From positions 24,677 through 88,676 of the forward strand of contig CAVSCZ010000013.1 of the NCBI GenBank assembly GCA_963726635.1: DNA of 64,000 nt, read 5' to 3'. This DNA is from an uncultured Nitrospiraceae bacterium. Lineage in GTDB: Bacteria > Nitrospirota > Nitrospiria > Nitrospirales > Nitrospiraceae. The position numbers were made by a program, and so were the translations under genes. Numbering within the stretch: the first letter of the stretch is position 1; each line of letters starts with the position of its first letter. Below the pieces are notes generated by a model. That model saw only the letters and a program-made list of their open reading frames with translations. It was not told where the DNA came from and ran no database searches. Below are positions 10,005 through 19,898 of the stretch, one piece after another.

Positions 10005-10737
10005 ACGGCATCAGGCATTCACGAACATCCGCATGATCTGTGGTCAGTTCTGGCGCTGTTCATCCTCATGGGTCTTACAGTGATTGCCGGTTGCGCGAGT
10101 CAACCAGTCTCACCACAGAAGACGATCTATGAATCGGGGCTCAACACGGTTCGCTTGGAGGAAGATCCCGACTCAATATCCAACACACACCCGACTGTGT
10201 TGACACCGACAGAAGTTGGGACCTTACTCCGAGGCGTCCGGGCATGGGAAAGACGGAACGTGATCCATCGCTTGTTCAGCGGTCAAGCGGACCGAACCAG
10301 AGCCTTCCGGGATGAGGAGATCGTCGTGCTCGCGCCGGCTCTCTCAAAGGCTCTGGCGCAGGCCACCCCGACCAGAACGCGTCTACTTCCACCTGAGTCA
10401 TGCTACGGATCAGGGGGAAGAAGAAACCTCCAATGGGTGGCTGTCGGTGCGAGGCCCCATTCTGCACCTCACCCTCAGCGAGGTACATGATCGACACAGC
10501 CCCGGACCCGACATCGGTAAATATGACCGTCAAATGCCGAACGTGCCGGAAGCTTCGGCGGAATTCGATGTGACCTTCGAGCCTGAGGAGTATCTGGCCA
10601 TGGTTCGATCCGGAGGGTCGCTGTTCGCACCCGATCAGCGGGAAGAACTCCAGATTCGGTATCGAGAAGCACTCGCTACCCTGCCCATCTATCCAGGTCT
10701 GGAGCAACGCCAAAAGATGACTGCGCCACAGCCTTGA
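10001..10737 (+). pseudogene. lipoprotein of unrecognised family (copy 2) with two frame changes
   Basis: ATG 10001 overlaps the upstream stop (ATGA). The lipoprotein leader LWSVLALFILMGLTVIAGC follows after a shift near 10030. A second shift near 10375 precedes ERVYFHLSH...GPILHLTLSEV. It is paralogous to 4142-4789. Confidence 0.7.
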
Positions 10738-10884
10738 GTGGCATGCACCCTGCGAGTGGCAGCAGGATTTTTCTGCTGCCACTCAACTGATCCTCTATGG
10801 AAAGCCCCATGACCATTCTCAAGGACGGTGGCTCGTGGACCATCCCATGCTGGCACGCAGTTTCTCGCTGTGGTACGGTACTCC

Positions 10885-12495
10885 ATGCGCGGCGCTCCCA
10901 CCGGTTGGTTTCGCCATCTGACGATCGGGAAAAAGTTTCTCCTGTCGTTCAGCCTCATTGTCACAGTCCTCATCTTCAGCCTGGCGGCCATCCTGGTCTA
11001 TCTCACCCGCGTCAACAGTTACGTCGATCGGCATCAGCGGATCACCGTCCCCGCCGTCGTGACGGCCGCCACGACGCAGCAGACGTTCTTCCACATGCTG
11101 GAGCAGGTCCACCATCTGGTTGAACATCAACCCCCTGCGGAACAGGTCGCCACGCTCGCCCGTCTTGAACAGATGCTGTCGCAGGCGACCACATCGATCG
11201 ACACCTATCGCACCAGTCATGCAGCCAGAACGCATCCCATCCTCTTCGGCATGTTGACGCAACACCAGCGGACGGACCTGGTAGACCTCGAAGACCGGAC
11301 GATGGACGACATCACCGCGGCCCTCACGCGCCTGTCAGAGTACCAACGGGCCATTGCGACGCAGCTCCCGCGCGCGACGCCGGACAAGAATCTGCTCTCC
11401 AACACCGCGCTCCAGTACGAACGCGCGATTCGTTCCCTCGAAACGGCCACCACGACCTTGATCGACGTTCACCGAAAGATCGACGGGGAAATGAAGCTCG
11501 AGGGCGATCGCCTCGTCAAGGAAGCGCGCCTCATCGTCCTGGTCCTGGTCTCAGTGTTGGGACTGCTGATCGTATTCACCTATCTGACTATGCGACGCTC
11601 CATCGCCCAGCCATTGCGCCGTCTCGCGGCTACGGCCGACCGTGTGGCCCATCACGACCTGACCGCGCAATTCGAGTCCTGGCCGAGCCGGGACGAAGTC
11701 GGCACGCTCGCGACCTCGCTATCCTCGATGGTGACGAACCTGCGCGAACGCACGGCGGCACTCACCCATAAAACCAGAGAACTCGAAGCCTTCACCTATT
11801 CGATTGCCCATGATTTGAAGGGGCCGTTGCGGGAAATTGAAGGTTTCTCCTCGCTGCTGGAGAAACAATTCGTAGACCAGGGCGACCCTCACGTCACGCA
11901 TTACATCGACATCATCAGGAAATCCTCGTTACGCCTCACGCATATGATCGATGCCCTGCTCAAGTATTCACGACTGGAACAGCAGGACCTCCCGCGTACC
12001 CGCTTCAACGTGTTGGAGATGATCAGCAGCCTGCTCGTCGACCGGCAGAGCCAGCTCACCGGCATCACACCTCAGATCACGGTCAATCTCCCCTTCGCCG
12101 ATCTGTACGGCGAACCGGTCAGCATCCGTCAGGCCTTGGTCAATCTGCTCGATAATGCCATCAAGTTCTCCCGCCATTCCCCGGCTCCGACTATCAACAT
12201 CGGGGGACTACAGGCGCCGACCGAACGTATCCTCTGGATACAGGACAACGGCATCGGCTTCGACGCCGACCAGAAGGAGAAGCTCTTCGGTCTCTTCGAG
12301 CGGCTGCACAATGCCCAGGAGTACGAAGGCACCGGCGTCGGCCTGGCCATCGTGAAGATGGTCGCGGACAAACACGGGGGCCGCGTCTGGGCAGAATCGT
12401 CGCCCGGCAAAGGCAGCACATTTTTTCTGGCGTTCCCGAATGGCCAAGAAGCTGTCAGCCTTCAGCTCTCAGCTTCGACCCTGAGACAAGACTGA
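10885..12495 (+). CDS. sensor histidine kinase (TM sensor, HAMP, HisKA, HATPase)
   Basis: HAMP segment (PLRRLAATADRVAHHDLTAQF...TLATSLSSMVTNLRER), H-box FTYSIAHDLKGPLREI, and N/G boxes LVNLLDNAIKFS, DNGIGFD, GTGVGLAIVK. An upstream ATG at 10828 is also possible. Confidence 0.85.
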   Translation: MRGAPTGWFRHLTIGKKFLLSFSLIVTVLIFSLAAILVYLTRVNSYVDRHQRITVPAVVTAATTQQTFFHMLEQVHHLVEHQPPAEQVATLARLEQMLSQATTSIDTYRTSHAARTHPILFGMLTQHQRTDLVDLEDRTMDDITAALTRLSEYQRAIATQLPRATPDKNLLSNTALQYERAIRSLETATTTLIDVHRKIDGEMKLEGDRLVKEARLIVLVLVSVLGLLIVFTYLTMRRSIAQPLRRLAATADRVAHHDLTAQFESWPSRDEVGTLATSLSSMVTNLRERTAALTHKTRELEAFTYSIAHDLKGPLREIEGFSSLLEKQFVDQGDPHVTHYIDIIRKSSLRLTHMIDALLKYSRLEQQDLPRTRFNVLEMISSLLVDRQSQLTGITPQITVNLPFADLYGEPVSIRQALVNLLDNAIKFSRHSPAPTINIGGLQAPTERILWIQDNGIGFDADQKEKLFGLFERLHNAQEYEGTGVGLAIVKMVADKHGGRVWAESSPGKGSTFFLAFPNGQEAVSLQLSASTLRQD

Positions 12496-12496
12496 A

Positions 12497-12527
12497 CACT
12501 GATGGCTGAAAGCTGATTGCTGAGAGC
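12497..12527. repeat. family A motif (GCTGATGGCTGAAAGCTGA type), short copy
   Basis: CACTGATGGCTGAAAGCTGATTGCTGAGAGC lies in the 39-nt spacer between the kinase and NtrC-like genes. Confidence 0.6.
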
Positions 12528-12534
12528 TAAACCC

Positions 12535-13878
12535 ATGCGCACACTCATCATCGACGACGAAGAATACGTTCGCTTGGTACTGGAGCAGGCACTCCGCGAG
12601 GAGGGCTGTGAGGTGACCGCCGTCACACATGGGGCAGCAGGCATCGAGGCGCTGCAGACCAGCACCTTCGAATGCGTCATCACCGATCTCCGTATGCCCG
12701 GCCTCGACGGTCGAGCCGTCTTGAAGTGGGTCCGCGAGCATCAACCCGATGTGGATGTCCTCATGCTGACCGGCCATGGCGACGTCAAAGACGCGGTCGA
12801 GGCGATCAAACAGGGGGCGTGGGATTTCTTAGTCAAGGATACGCCCTTCGAGGCCGCAGCGGTCAAAGCCGCATTGGCCAGGCTGAACACCGTGCGCGCC
12901 CTCCGCAAAGAGAACCTGGCGGCCCGGTATGGAGGCTTCACGCGCGATGTCATCATCGAAGGACCAAGCCAGGCCTGGCAGAAGCTCAAGATCCAGATTG
13001 CTCAGGTCGCACCATCTAACGCGGCTGTGCTCATTCAGGGAGAAACCGGCTCGGGCAAAGAAATCGCCGCGCGGCTGCTCCATGACCTCAGCCGGCGAAC
13101 CAGCGGACCGTTTCTCGCCGTGAACTGCGGAGCCGTGAGCCGGGAACTGTTGGAGAGCGAACTCTTCGGCCACGAAAAAGGCTCGTTTACCGGCGCGACC
13201 GCCGCGAAACCGGGCCTCATCGCCGCAGCCGAAGGGGGCACGCTCTTTCTGGATGAACTGGGCGAGATGCCGGGCCCGATGCAGGTGAGTCTGTTGCGCT
13301 TCCTGGATCGTGGCGAATACCGCCCCGTCGGCAGCACGCGTACGCTCCAGGCCAACGTCCGTGTTGTCGGAGCCACGAACCAGGACATCCAGGAACTCGT
13401 TCACCAAGGCCGCTTCCGGGACGACCTGCTCTACCGCATCAACACCGTCACCCTGCGCGTGCCTCCGCTCCGCGAGCGGAAGGAGGATCTTCCAAAACTT
13501 GCAGAGCACATCCTCTCGACCCTGCGCATTCCCGGAACCACGAAACGAACCCTCTCACTTGAGGCCGTGCAGGCACTTGCAGGCCACAGTTGGCCCGGTA
13601 ACGTACGTGAGCTGCGCAATGTTCTTGAGGGAATTGTGCTGATGGGCAATGGAACGGGTCCGATCAGTCGAGAAGAAGTCCTCGCGCTGTTGCCGAAAAC
13701 CCGGAGCACGTTTCAGACGGGAGATCACACGCACCTGTCCCTGGAGGAGATCGAACGCCTCCACGTCGAGCGCGTCCTCGACGCCAGCGGTGGCAACAAA
13801 ACCCAGGCGGCCAAGACCCTCCAGATCGATTACAAGACCCTGCTCACCAAGTTGAAAAAATACGACATGGGCAGCTAG
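12535..13878 (+). CDS. sigma-54-dependent response regulator (NtrC family)
   Basis: REC domain (LIIDDEEYVR...DLRMPGLDG), AAA+ sigma-54 interaction domain (GETGSGKE, ESELFGHEKGSFTGA), and C-terminal Fis-type HTH (GNKTQAAKTLQIDYKTLLTKLKKY). Confidence 0.9.
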   Translation: MRTLIIDDEEYVRLVLEQALREEGCEVTAVTHGAAGIEALQTSTFECVITDLRMPGLDGRAVLKWVREHQPDVDVLMLTGHGDVKDAVEAIKQGAWDFLVKDTPFEAAAVKAALARLNTVRALRKENLAARYGGFTRDVIIEGPSQAWQKLKIQIAQVAPSNAAVLIQGETGSGKEIAARLLHDLSRRTSGPFLAVNCGAVSRELLESELFGHEKGSFTGATAAKPGLIAAAEGGTLFLDELGEMPGPMQVSLLRFLDRGEYRPVGSTRTLQANVRVVGATNQDIQELVHQGRFRDDLLYRINTVTLRVPPLRERKEDLPKLAEHILSTLRIPGTTKRTLSLEAVQALAGHSWPGNVRELRNVLEGIVLMGNGTGPISREEVLALLPKTRSTFQTGDHTHLSLEEIERLHVERVLDASGGNKTQAAKTLQIDYKTLLTKLKKYDMGS

Positions 13879-14077
13879 CCCGATCAATCGATACGACATT
13901 CGATTGCCTCTCTCGATCACGGTTCCCCTCTCCTGGACCTACTTTACTTCTCATTGAGCTAGGGATATTCTCTCATGCCTGTTCGACCCTCTGTCCCGTA
14001 CAAGCTTGGAGCTACAGCCGGATGGGAGTCATGCCTGCCAACACCAACCTGCAACACATCTTCGGAAGGAGTCTGCC

Positions 14078-14881
14078 ATGTCACGACGTCTGTGCGCGCT
14101 GATCGTGCTTGCCATTGTCTTCGGTTCGACACCACTCTGGGCAGCCCAACTCAGCCGACCCCAGGTGGAATATTCGGCCGATTCAGTGATGCAAAATGAG
14201 GAAGGGACGATAGAACAGCATGTCTTCGTCACGCCTGCCAAGGAGCGCCGGGAAATGCTGACCGGTGCCGGCGATGGGTCGGTCCAAATCTTTCGTTACG
14301 ACAGCAAAGTGATGTGGATGCTGATGCCGTCAGAGAAAATGTACATGGAGAACTCGTTGGCGAAGGCCGCTGCCAAAGACGTCTCGCAGTGGGATGTTGA
14401 GGAGACCGTGATGGGCGAGGAGGTGTTGAACGACATGAAGGTCACCAAGTACAAGACCATTGCGACCAGCACCGACGGAAAGAAATATGGCGGCTTCTCC
14501 TGGCGGACGAAGGAGGGGATCTCCATCAAGTCCGATCTGCTGTACAAGGAAGGGAACGAGAAGAAACGGATGATGACAGAACTCAAGAACGTGAAGATCG
14601 GCAGGCAGGACTCCAAATTATTCGAAATTCCTGAAGGATACACGAAATTCGACATGGCCGGGATGATGGGCGGCATGATGGGCGGCCAGATGGGCCGTGA
14701 GGGCATGGGGCAACCGCCTATGGACAGACCCAGCTCAAGAAATAGACCCACGGTGCACCAGCCAGGCGGCACCGTGCCTCAGGAGAATGTTCCGGTAGCA
14801 CCGGAGCCGGAACCGCCTGCCGACGATCGATCCGATGTGCAGAAGGCCGGCGACATGATGAAGAAACTGTTCGGACGATAG
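14078..14881 (+). CDS. secreted protein with Met/Gly-rich C-terminal tail, family uncertain
   Basis: GGAAGGAG RBS and signal peptide MSRRLCALIVLAIVFGSTPLWAAQ. Low-complexity tail MAGMMGGMMGGQMGREGMG. A DUF4412-like assignment is only a guess. Confidence 0.6.
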   Translation: MSRRLCALIVLAIVFGSTPLWAAQLSRPQVEYSADSVMQNEEGTIEQHVFVTPAKERREMLTGAGDGSVQIFRYDSKVMWMLMPSEKMYMENSLAKAAAKDVSQWDVEETVMGEEVLNDMKVTKYKTIATSTDGKKYGGFSWRTKEGISIKSDLLYKEGNEKKRMMTELKNVKIGRQDSKLFEIPEGYTKFDMAGMMGGMMGGQMGREGMGQPPMDRPSSRNRPTVHQPGGTVPQENVPVAPEPEPPADDRSDVQKAGDMMKKLFGR

Positions 14882-14884
14882 GAC

Positions 14885-15725
14885 ATGCAGATGAGCGCAG
14901 TGCGGCGCGGAGGGTTGCTCGTCGTCGGCATGGCCGTGTCGGTCATGCTGTGCGCCGTCGCACGTCCGCGCCGAGGACCTTCCGGCCAGGCCGTCGATCA
15001 AGGCATCGGCATTTTATCTGATTGAGCTCAAGTCCGGACGGGTCCTCTTGGAAAAGGATGCCACACGTCGGCTTCCGCCGGCCAGCCTCACGAAAGTGAT
15101 GACGGCGTTGGTCGCAATGGAAGTCGCCTCTCCGGAGCAAGTCGTGCAAGTCGATCGCCGTGCGCTCGTGCATCGGTCGTCCCTCAAACTCCGCGCCGGC
15201 GAGCAATTTCTCTTGCGCGATCTGCTCACAGCCATGCTGGTGACGAGCGCGAACGACGCCTGCGAGGCGATCGCCTGGCATGTGGGGGGCGACGCCGACC
15301 GGTTCGTCACGATCATGAACGAGCGGGCCCGAACGTTGGGATTGAAGAATACCCATTTCGCCAACGCCTGCGGATTCGATGCCCCCGGCCACTACTCGAC
15401 CGCGGCGGATTTGGCGAAGTTGACGGAGCAGGCGCTGCAAGTGCCTGCCATTTCCATGATGGTTCGGACGATCACGCGGGACATCACCAGCGTGGACGGC
15501 GCACGACAGGTCCTTCTCCGTAGCACCAACGAGCTACTCCTCGATCCCGACGTCAATGGCGTGAAAACCGGATATACGAGCAAGGCCGGACTCTGTCTGA
15601 TCGCGAGCATGTTCAAGGACGGCCATCGGTTACTTTTGGTGGGGTTGAATGTCAGGGATCGCTGGGAACAGGCCACCAGCCTGCTGCGGTACGGGCAGGC
15701 GGTATTGCGAGTCGGGAACGAGTAG
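14885..15725 (+). pseudogene. D-alanyl-D-alanine carboxypeptidase (S11, PBP5-like) with one frame change
   Basis: Contains the SxxK (PASLTKVMT), SxN (TSAND) and KTG (VKTGYT) motifs. The leader MQMSAVRRGGLLVVGMAVSVMLCAVA from ATG 14885 is one frame off from HVRAEDLPARPSIKASAFYLIELKSG... The shift is near 14955. Confidence 0.8.
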
Positions 15726-15734
15726 CGCGGCCGT

Positions 15735-17182
15735 TTACTGTCGTCCGACCTGGTGGAGGTAGGCGTCGCGAAGATTTTTCTGGGCGAGCACATAGTCAGG
15801 ATCCAGCTGGGCCGCGATGCGAAATTCTTCGATGGCCCGGTCCCAGTCGTCCCGCAGCGCGTAGGCATGACCGAGGTTGTTATGCGGCCTCGCCTTCTGC
15901 GGTGACTTCTCGACCGCGTCGGACCAGAGCAGGACCGGATCGCGATAGAGCGCGTTGCGTTGAAAGGTCATGAGACAGAGCGCGAGAACCACCGCGAGCG
16001 CGAGACTCCCGGCACCGATCTGAACGAGTCGGGGTCGTTGCAGCGCCTTGGCAAGCCGGCGCGTTAGGATGTGAGCCGAGCACGACGACGGCGAGCAGCA
16101 GTCCGATAGAGGCTAGGTAGAGATTGCGCTCGCTCAACAGGTCGTTGCGCGGAATGAGACTGGTGGGGAGGAGCTGTACGAAGAACCACCCGATCCCGAA
16201 TGAGAGGAGCGGGAGACGTCGAACCGCAGACCAAGGCGGCTGCTGCCAATCCGCCGAGAAGCAGAAGATCGAGAGGCAGCGGCCACTCGAACAACGAGTG
16301 CAATACCGGAAGATCGTGGTCGAAGTTCTGTTTCCAGGGACAGATAAACAGCAAGAGCGCGTAGGTGACGGCATTGAGTTCGCTCAGCAGATTGTCCCAG
16401 AGGGGACGAATACCGAGACTGAACTGCGCGAGCGCGGAATAGCGAGGGTGCCACCAGGCCCAGGCAACCACGCGACGAGAAGAACGAGCCAGAAAGGTAG
16501 ATGGTCTGAGAGGAACGCATTGCGCAACGCGGCGCCGTCGAGCCGCCGTATCGCCACATCCCAGAGGAGCAGCGCGAGCGGAAATGTCATGGCCGTTTCT
16601 TTCGAACCGAGGGACAAGAGAAACAGAGGATGGCACCGGTCCGAATAGATACAGCGCGAAGCACGTGCCGACGTCTGGTCGTTCGATTCGCTTGATATAG
16701 AGGAAGAGCGCAAGCAGATACCAAGAACGCCATGAGGCCGGACGCACGTCCGGAAATGTAGGTGACGGTTTCCGTCTGGATCGGATGGATAAGAAACAGC
16801 AACGCGGTCCAGAATGGGACGTGCCTCGTCTCCTCCGTCACGGCACGAGTGAGAATCCGGTAGACGAGAAGTCCGGAGCCGAGGTGGAGCAGCAGATTCA
16901 GCAGATGGTAGCCGGTCGGAACTGTTTCCATAGAGTGACCGATCGAGCAAGAAATGTGGCGTACAACGACCGGCCTGACCATGTGATCGAGATGGCCGAC
17001 AAACGTGTCCCAACTCGTCGAGATGAGGGTTCATGAGAATCGTGGAGAGGTCGTCGTATTGAAAGTCGCCGTGAAGGGCACCGGCATAGGTCAGCCAGCG
17101 GTGATCCGACGACGAGAAGGGCACATGCAGAGCGCGAAGGTACGAGTCGTGGGGCGATCCACAGCGTCTGGTTATACTGCAT
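15735..17182 (-). pseudogene. TPR-containing membrane glycosyltransferase-like protein (PMT/TMTC-like), heavily frame-disrupted
   Basis: Homologous pieces are scattered over all three minus frames. They read ...YAGALHGDFQYDDLSTILMNPHL, then YHLLNLLLHLGSGLLVYRILT...FLIHPIQTETVTYISGRASGLMA, then TFPLALLLWDVA, then LSELNAVTYALLLFICPWKQNFDHD, then LLSFGIGWFFVQLLPTSLIPRNDLLSERNLYLASIGLL. The C-terminal TPR reads NNLGHAYALRDDWDRAIEEFRIAAQLDPDY. At least 6 frame changes. Confidence 0.65.
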
Positions 17183-17963
17183 GGGACCTTGATGGTATAG
17201 GGGGGATCCTATGACTAGGCCGAGGCTTCCATAAGGGACCGATCGGGATACTCCTGTCTTCAGCCTCTGAGTGATCACGCTGCTCTGACTTCCTTCCAGT
17301 CCAGCGGTGCGCAGCGGACCCTGCCACGTTCAAAGAGTCAATGAAATGAAAGACCACTAGCGGTGCGGCTGCAGCCCGCAGGACGAAAGAGATCTGAATA
17401 GCCTGGTCTCGAGAGCTGTATCGCGGCGTCGATCTCACGCAATCCAATGACGATCTGAACCAGAAATTCGTCCAGCTCGCGAACACCCGACATCTCAATG
17501 GAGGGACATCGTCAAGGAAGGATCAGCAAAGGAAAAGAAAGCAGTGAAGAAAGCGGCTGGATTGGATGTGAAGGGAGATACCGGTCATAGACGACGACTT
17601 CAAGAACATCAACTGGTAACGACGTGATTGAAGGGAGAACGAACATGAACGGAAGCACAAGGAGTCATCTGAGCTTGCCCAAAGTCTTCAAGGCCGGAAT
17701 GGATTGGCGGTTCTCAGGCTGCGTTCGGAATCGGAGGTCGAATCCTATCGCGCGCAGAAGAGTTTCCTACAAAAGAAACTTGCCGAGCTGAAGCTGAAAA
17801 TGCCTGACTTTTACTAAAAGCGACCAAAAGGCGTTTGCAGGATGAGACAAGCCAAGCGGAGCGGCTGGATCAGTCGGATATCCGCGTGCCGCCTGCTAGG
17901 GGCGGCACAACCTGGGACATGAAAGAAGGCTTCGTATCTAAGAGCGTTTCAGGAGGAACCACC

Positions 17964-19206
17964 ATGAAGACTCCTTTGACATTCGTCGCGGCGTCGGTTG
18001 CCGCCCTTTTTTTTGCCGTTCTCAGCTCCTTTCTTCAGGTCGCTCAGGCTGCGCCTCCGGCCGGCACTCCCCCCTCGTCCGAAGCCGCCTTTACCCCGTC
18101 GCCAAAAACCGAGACGGTGAAAAAGTATGTCGACGGCTGCTGGAGTAAACCTGCCAAAGAAGCGGGCTGCGACAAACTCCGGAAAGATGCGGTCGAGATC
18201 TTGAAGGAAGATTTGCAAACGTTAGGCTCATCGGCAAATCGTAGCTTATCTGCTCAGCATTCTGCCGGTATTCAATGGCGACGAGGCTGAGCTGCGGATT
18301 GCCGCGGCGGATGCGATCGGTATGATCGGTCCGCAAGACAGCGATGTCGCACTCCTTGCTCCGCTCACCAACGATCCGGTTCCAGATGTCAGGAGAGCCG
18401 TCGCGCAAATGATTTCCCATGGAAAAGGAAGCGCCATCAGTTTGCTGGGACAGCGCACCCTGTCGATGCGAACGGGGCTCACGCCGGAGACGCCGGCGGA
18501 CCCTGGAAAATACTCGATGCCGGTCGCTCCGGCAAGCGCCTATCTGTATTACGCCAGCGATGCCGCGCGCGGCCGGTTATCTTATATCGCCAGGAAGGGT
18601 CTTGATCCGGCGATAGGCTTCTTTAAGGGCAAGGCCAAACGAGGTCCGTTGAAACTGGACGAGTTCAACACCCTATATCGCTACCAACTGCAGCGATGAG
18701 CAGGAGGCACGGGAGCGGATCTGGAAAAAAGCCAGCGACGCGAAAGCCAAGCAAGCGGAAGCGATGATGAAAGATCCGTCAAACCAGCAAGCCGCACTCG
18801 AAACAATCATGCAGATCCAAGGCGAATTGGTGAATCAATCCATGATCGGAGCGAGGCCGATCGATATCGATCGGATCTCTTCGAGTCACCCACTGTGTTC
18901 GTCTTGGAAGAACGCCAGATCGGCCAGCGCAGCTACCCCACCCGCTACGTCGTGCTCTATCAAGACAAGGTGCTGAGAATGCCTGGCTATCAACTATCGT
19001 GGATGACCGTGCCAGACGACGCCATCAAGGCCGCACAAACGGTCTCGCTGGTGCACGAAAAAGAGGAACAGGCCCGCAAAAAGGAAGATGAGGCCTTGAA
19101 AAAGCGAGCAGAGGCACTGCAAAGCCTGGAGAAGAAAAAAGACGAAGAGGAGAAAAAGAAGTTTAAGAAAGGACAGGCGGACCTCGAAAAGGAGCTGGGA
19201 TTTTAG
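17964..19206 (+). pseudogene. secreted HEAT-repeat protein with Lys/Glu-rich C-terminus and at least 3 frame changes
   Basis: AGGAGG RBS and signal peptide MKTPLTFVAASVAALFFAVLSSFLQVAQA. HEAT-like segment ELRIAAADAIGMIGPQDSDVALLAPLTNDPVPDVRRAVAQMI. The reading frame must switch near 18230, 18700 and 18890 to link ORFs 17835-18290, 18322-18699, 18764-18976 and 18895-19206. Confidence 0.6.
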
Positions 19207-19378
19207 TCACCTACCCTACTCTCTTTCGTGGTGACGTCTGCTCGAAGCCCACGGCCTAAGCAGGCGTCTGCTGCCACACCGCGTCCGGCGCTCTCGTCGC
19301 AACCCCGAACCCATTCGCCTCACGAACAGCCCGGTTTCCTATTTGAGAATTCGACAAACCGGCCTTGCGTGATGGACA

Positions 19379-19636
19379 ATGGGATCCGACCTCACCACCT
19401 ATCGGAATACGACTCTGTGCGCCCTGCACGGCGTTATTACGATCACGTTCTTCACCACTTTCCTCGCGCACTTGGATTTTCTTTCTGAGATCCTCCCCGG
19501 GATCTTCCACGTCCTCGTGGGATTCATGGCCTTCTATCACGCAGTAGCCAGCCTGACCTTTGCCTTTACCGGCCACGCCCTGCTCCCGCTGGGTCCCGCG
19601 CTGTTGCACCATCGAACGGACCGGTCGTACCGCTAG
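19379..19636 (+). CDS. possible small membrane protein
   Basis: 85-aa ORF with 2-3 hydrophobic segments. It has no clear RBS and an overlapping antisense ORF of equal length. Weak call. Confidence 0.25.
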   Translation: MGSDLTTYRNTTLCALHGVITITFFTTFLAHLDFLSEILPGIFHVLVGFMAFYHAVASLTFAFTGHALLPLGPALLHHRTDRSYR

Positions 19637-19693
19637 CAAGCTGTTAAAAAAGTCCATCAGCGGAAGAAGATCGTCCCTCGTATCTCGTGGGGG

Positions 19694-19882
19694 AGGAGCT
19701 GATAGCTATAGCGTATAGCGAATGGCGAGAAGAGCGGTATGGATGATGGTATGTCATAGAAAAAACAGGATGTTCTTCGTTCGGGCTGAGCAAGCAGCAA
19801 TCAGCTCCTGTTTCCTGCTATCGGCCATCAGCCATACGCTCTTGTCTTGGACGAGAGACGAACGACGCTCACGAAGGACGGA
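19694..19882. repeat. composite family A palindrome
   Basis: The left arm GGAGCTGATAGCTATAGCGTATAGCGAATGGCG and right arm GCTATCGGCCATCAGCCATACGCTCTTG are inverted. The tail is GACGAGAGACGAACGACGCTCACGAAGGACGG. Confidence 0.7.
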
Positions 19883-19898
19883 CGAAATTGACGGCTTC

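Noticed and set aside
13879-14077. I expected a sigma-54 (-24 GG / -12 GC) promoter downstream of the NtrC-like regulator, or at 7415-7523.
   Set aside because: The nearest candidates (TGCCAACACCAACCTGCAA near 14036, TGGATGCCTGTGCC near 7437) lack the GG or have the wrong spacing. No convincing site was found by eye.
17733-17745. GGAGGTCGAATCC resembles a tRNA T-arm.
   Set aside because: The loop is one nt short of the 7-nt T-loop. No matching acceptor, D or anticodon stems can be built around it. The stretch also reads as a coiled-coil coding frame.
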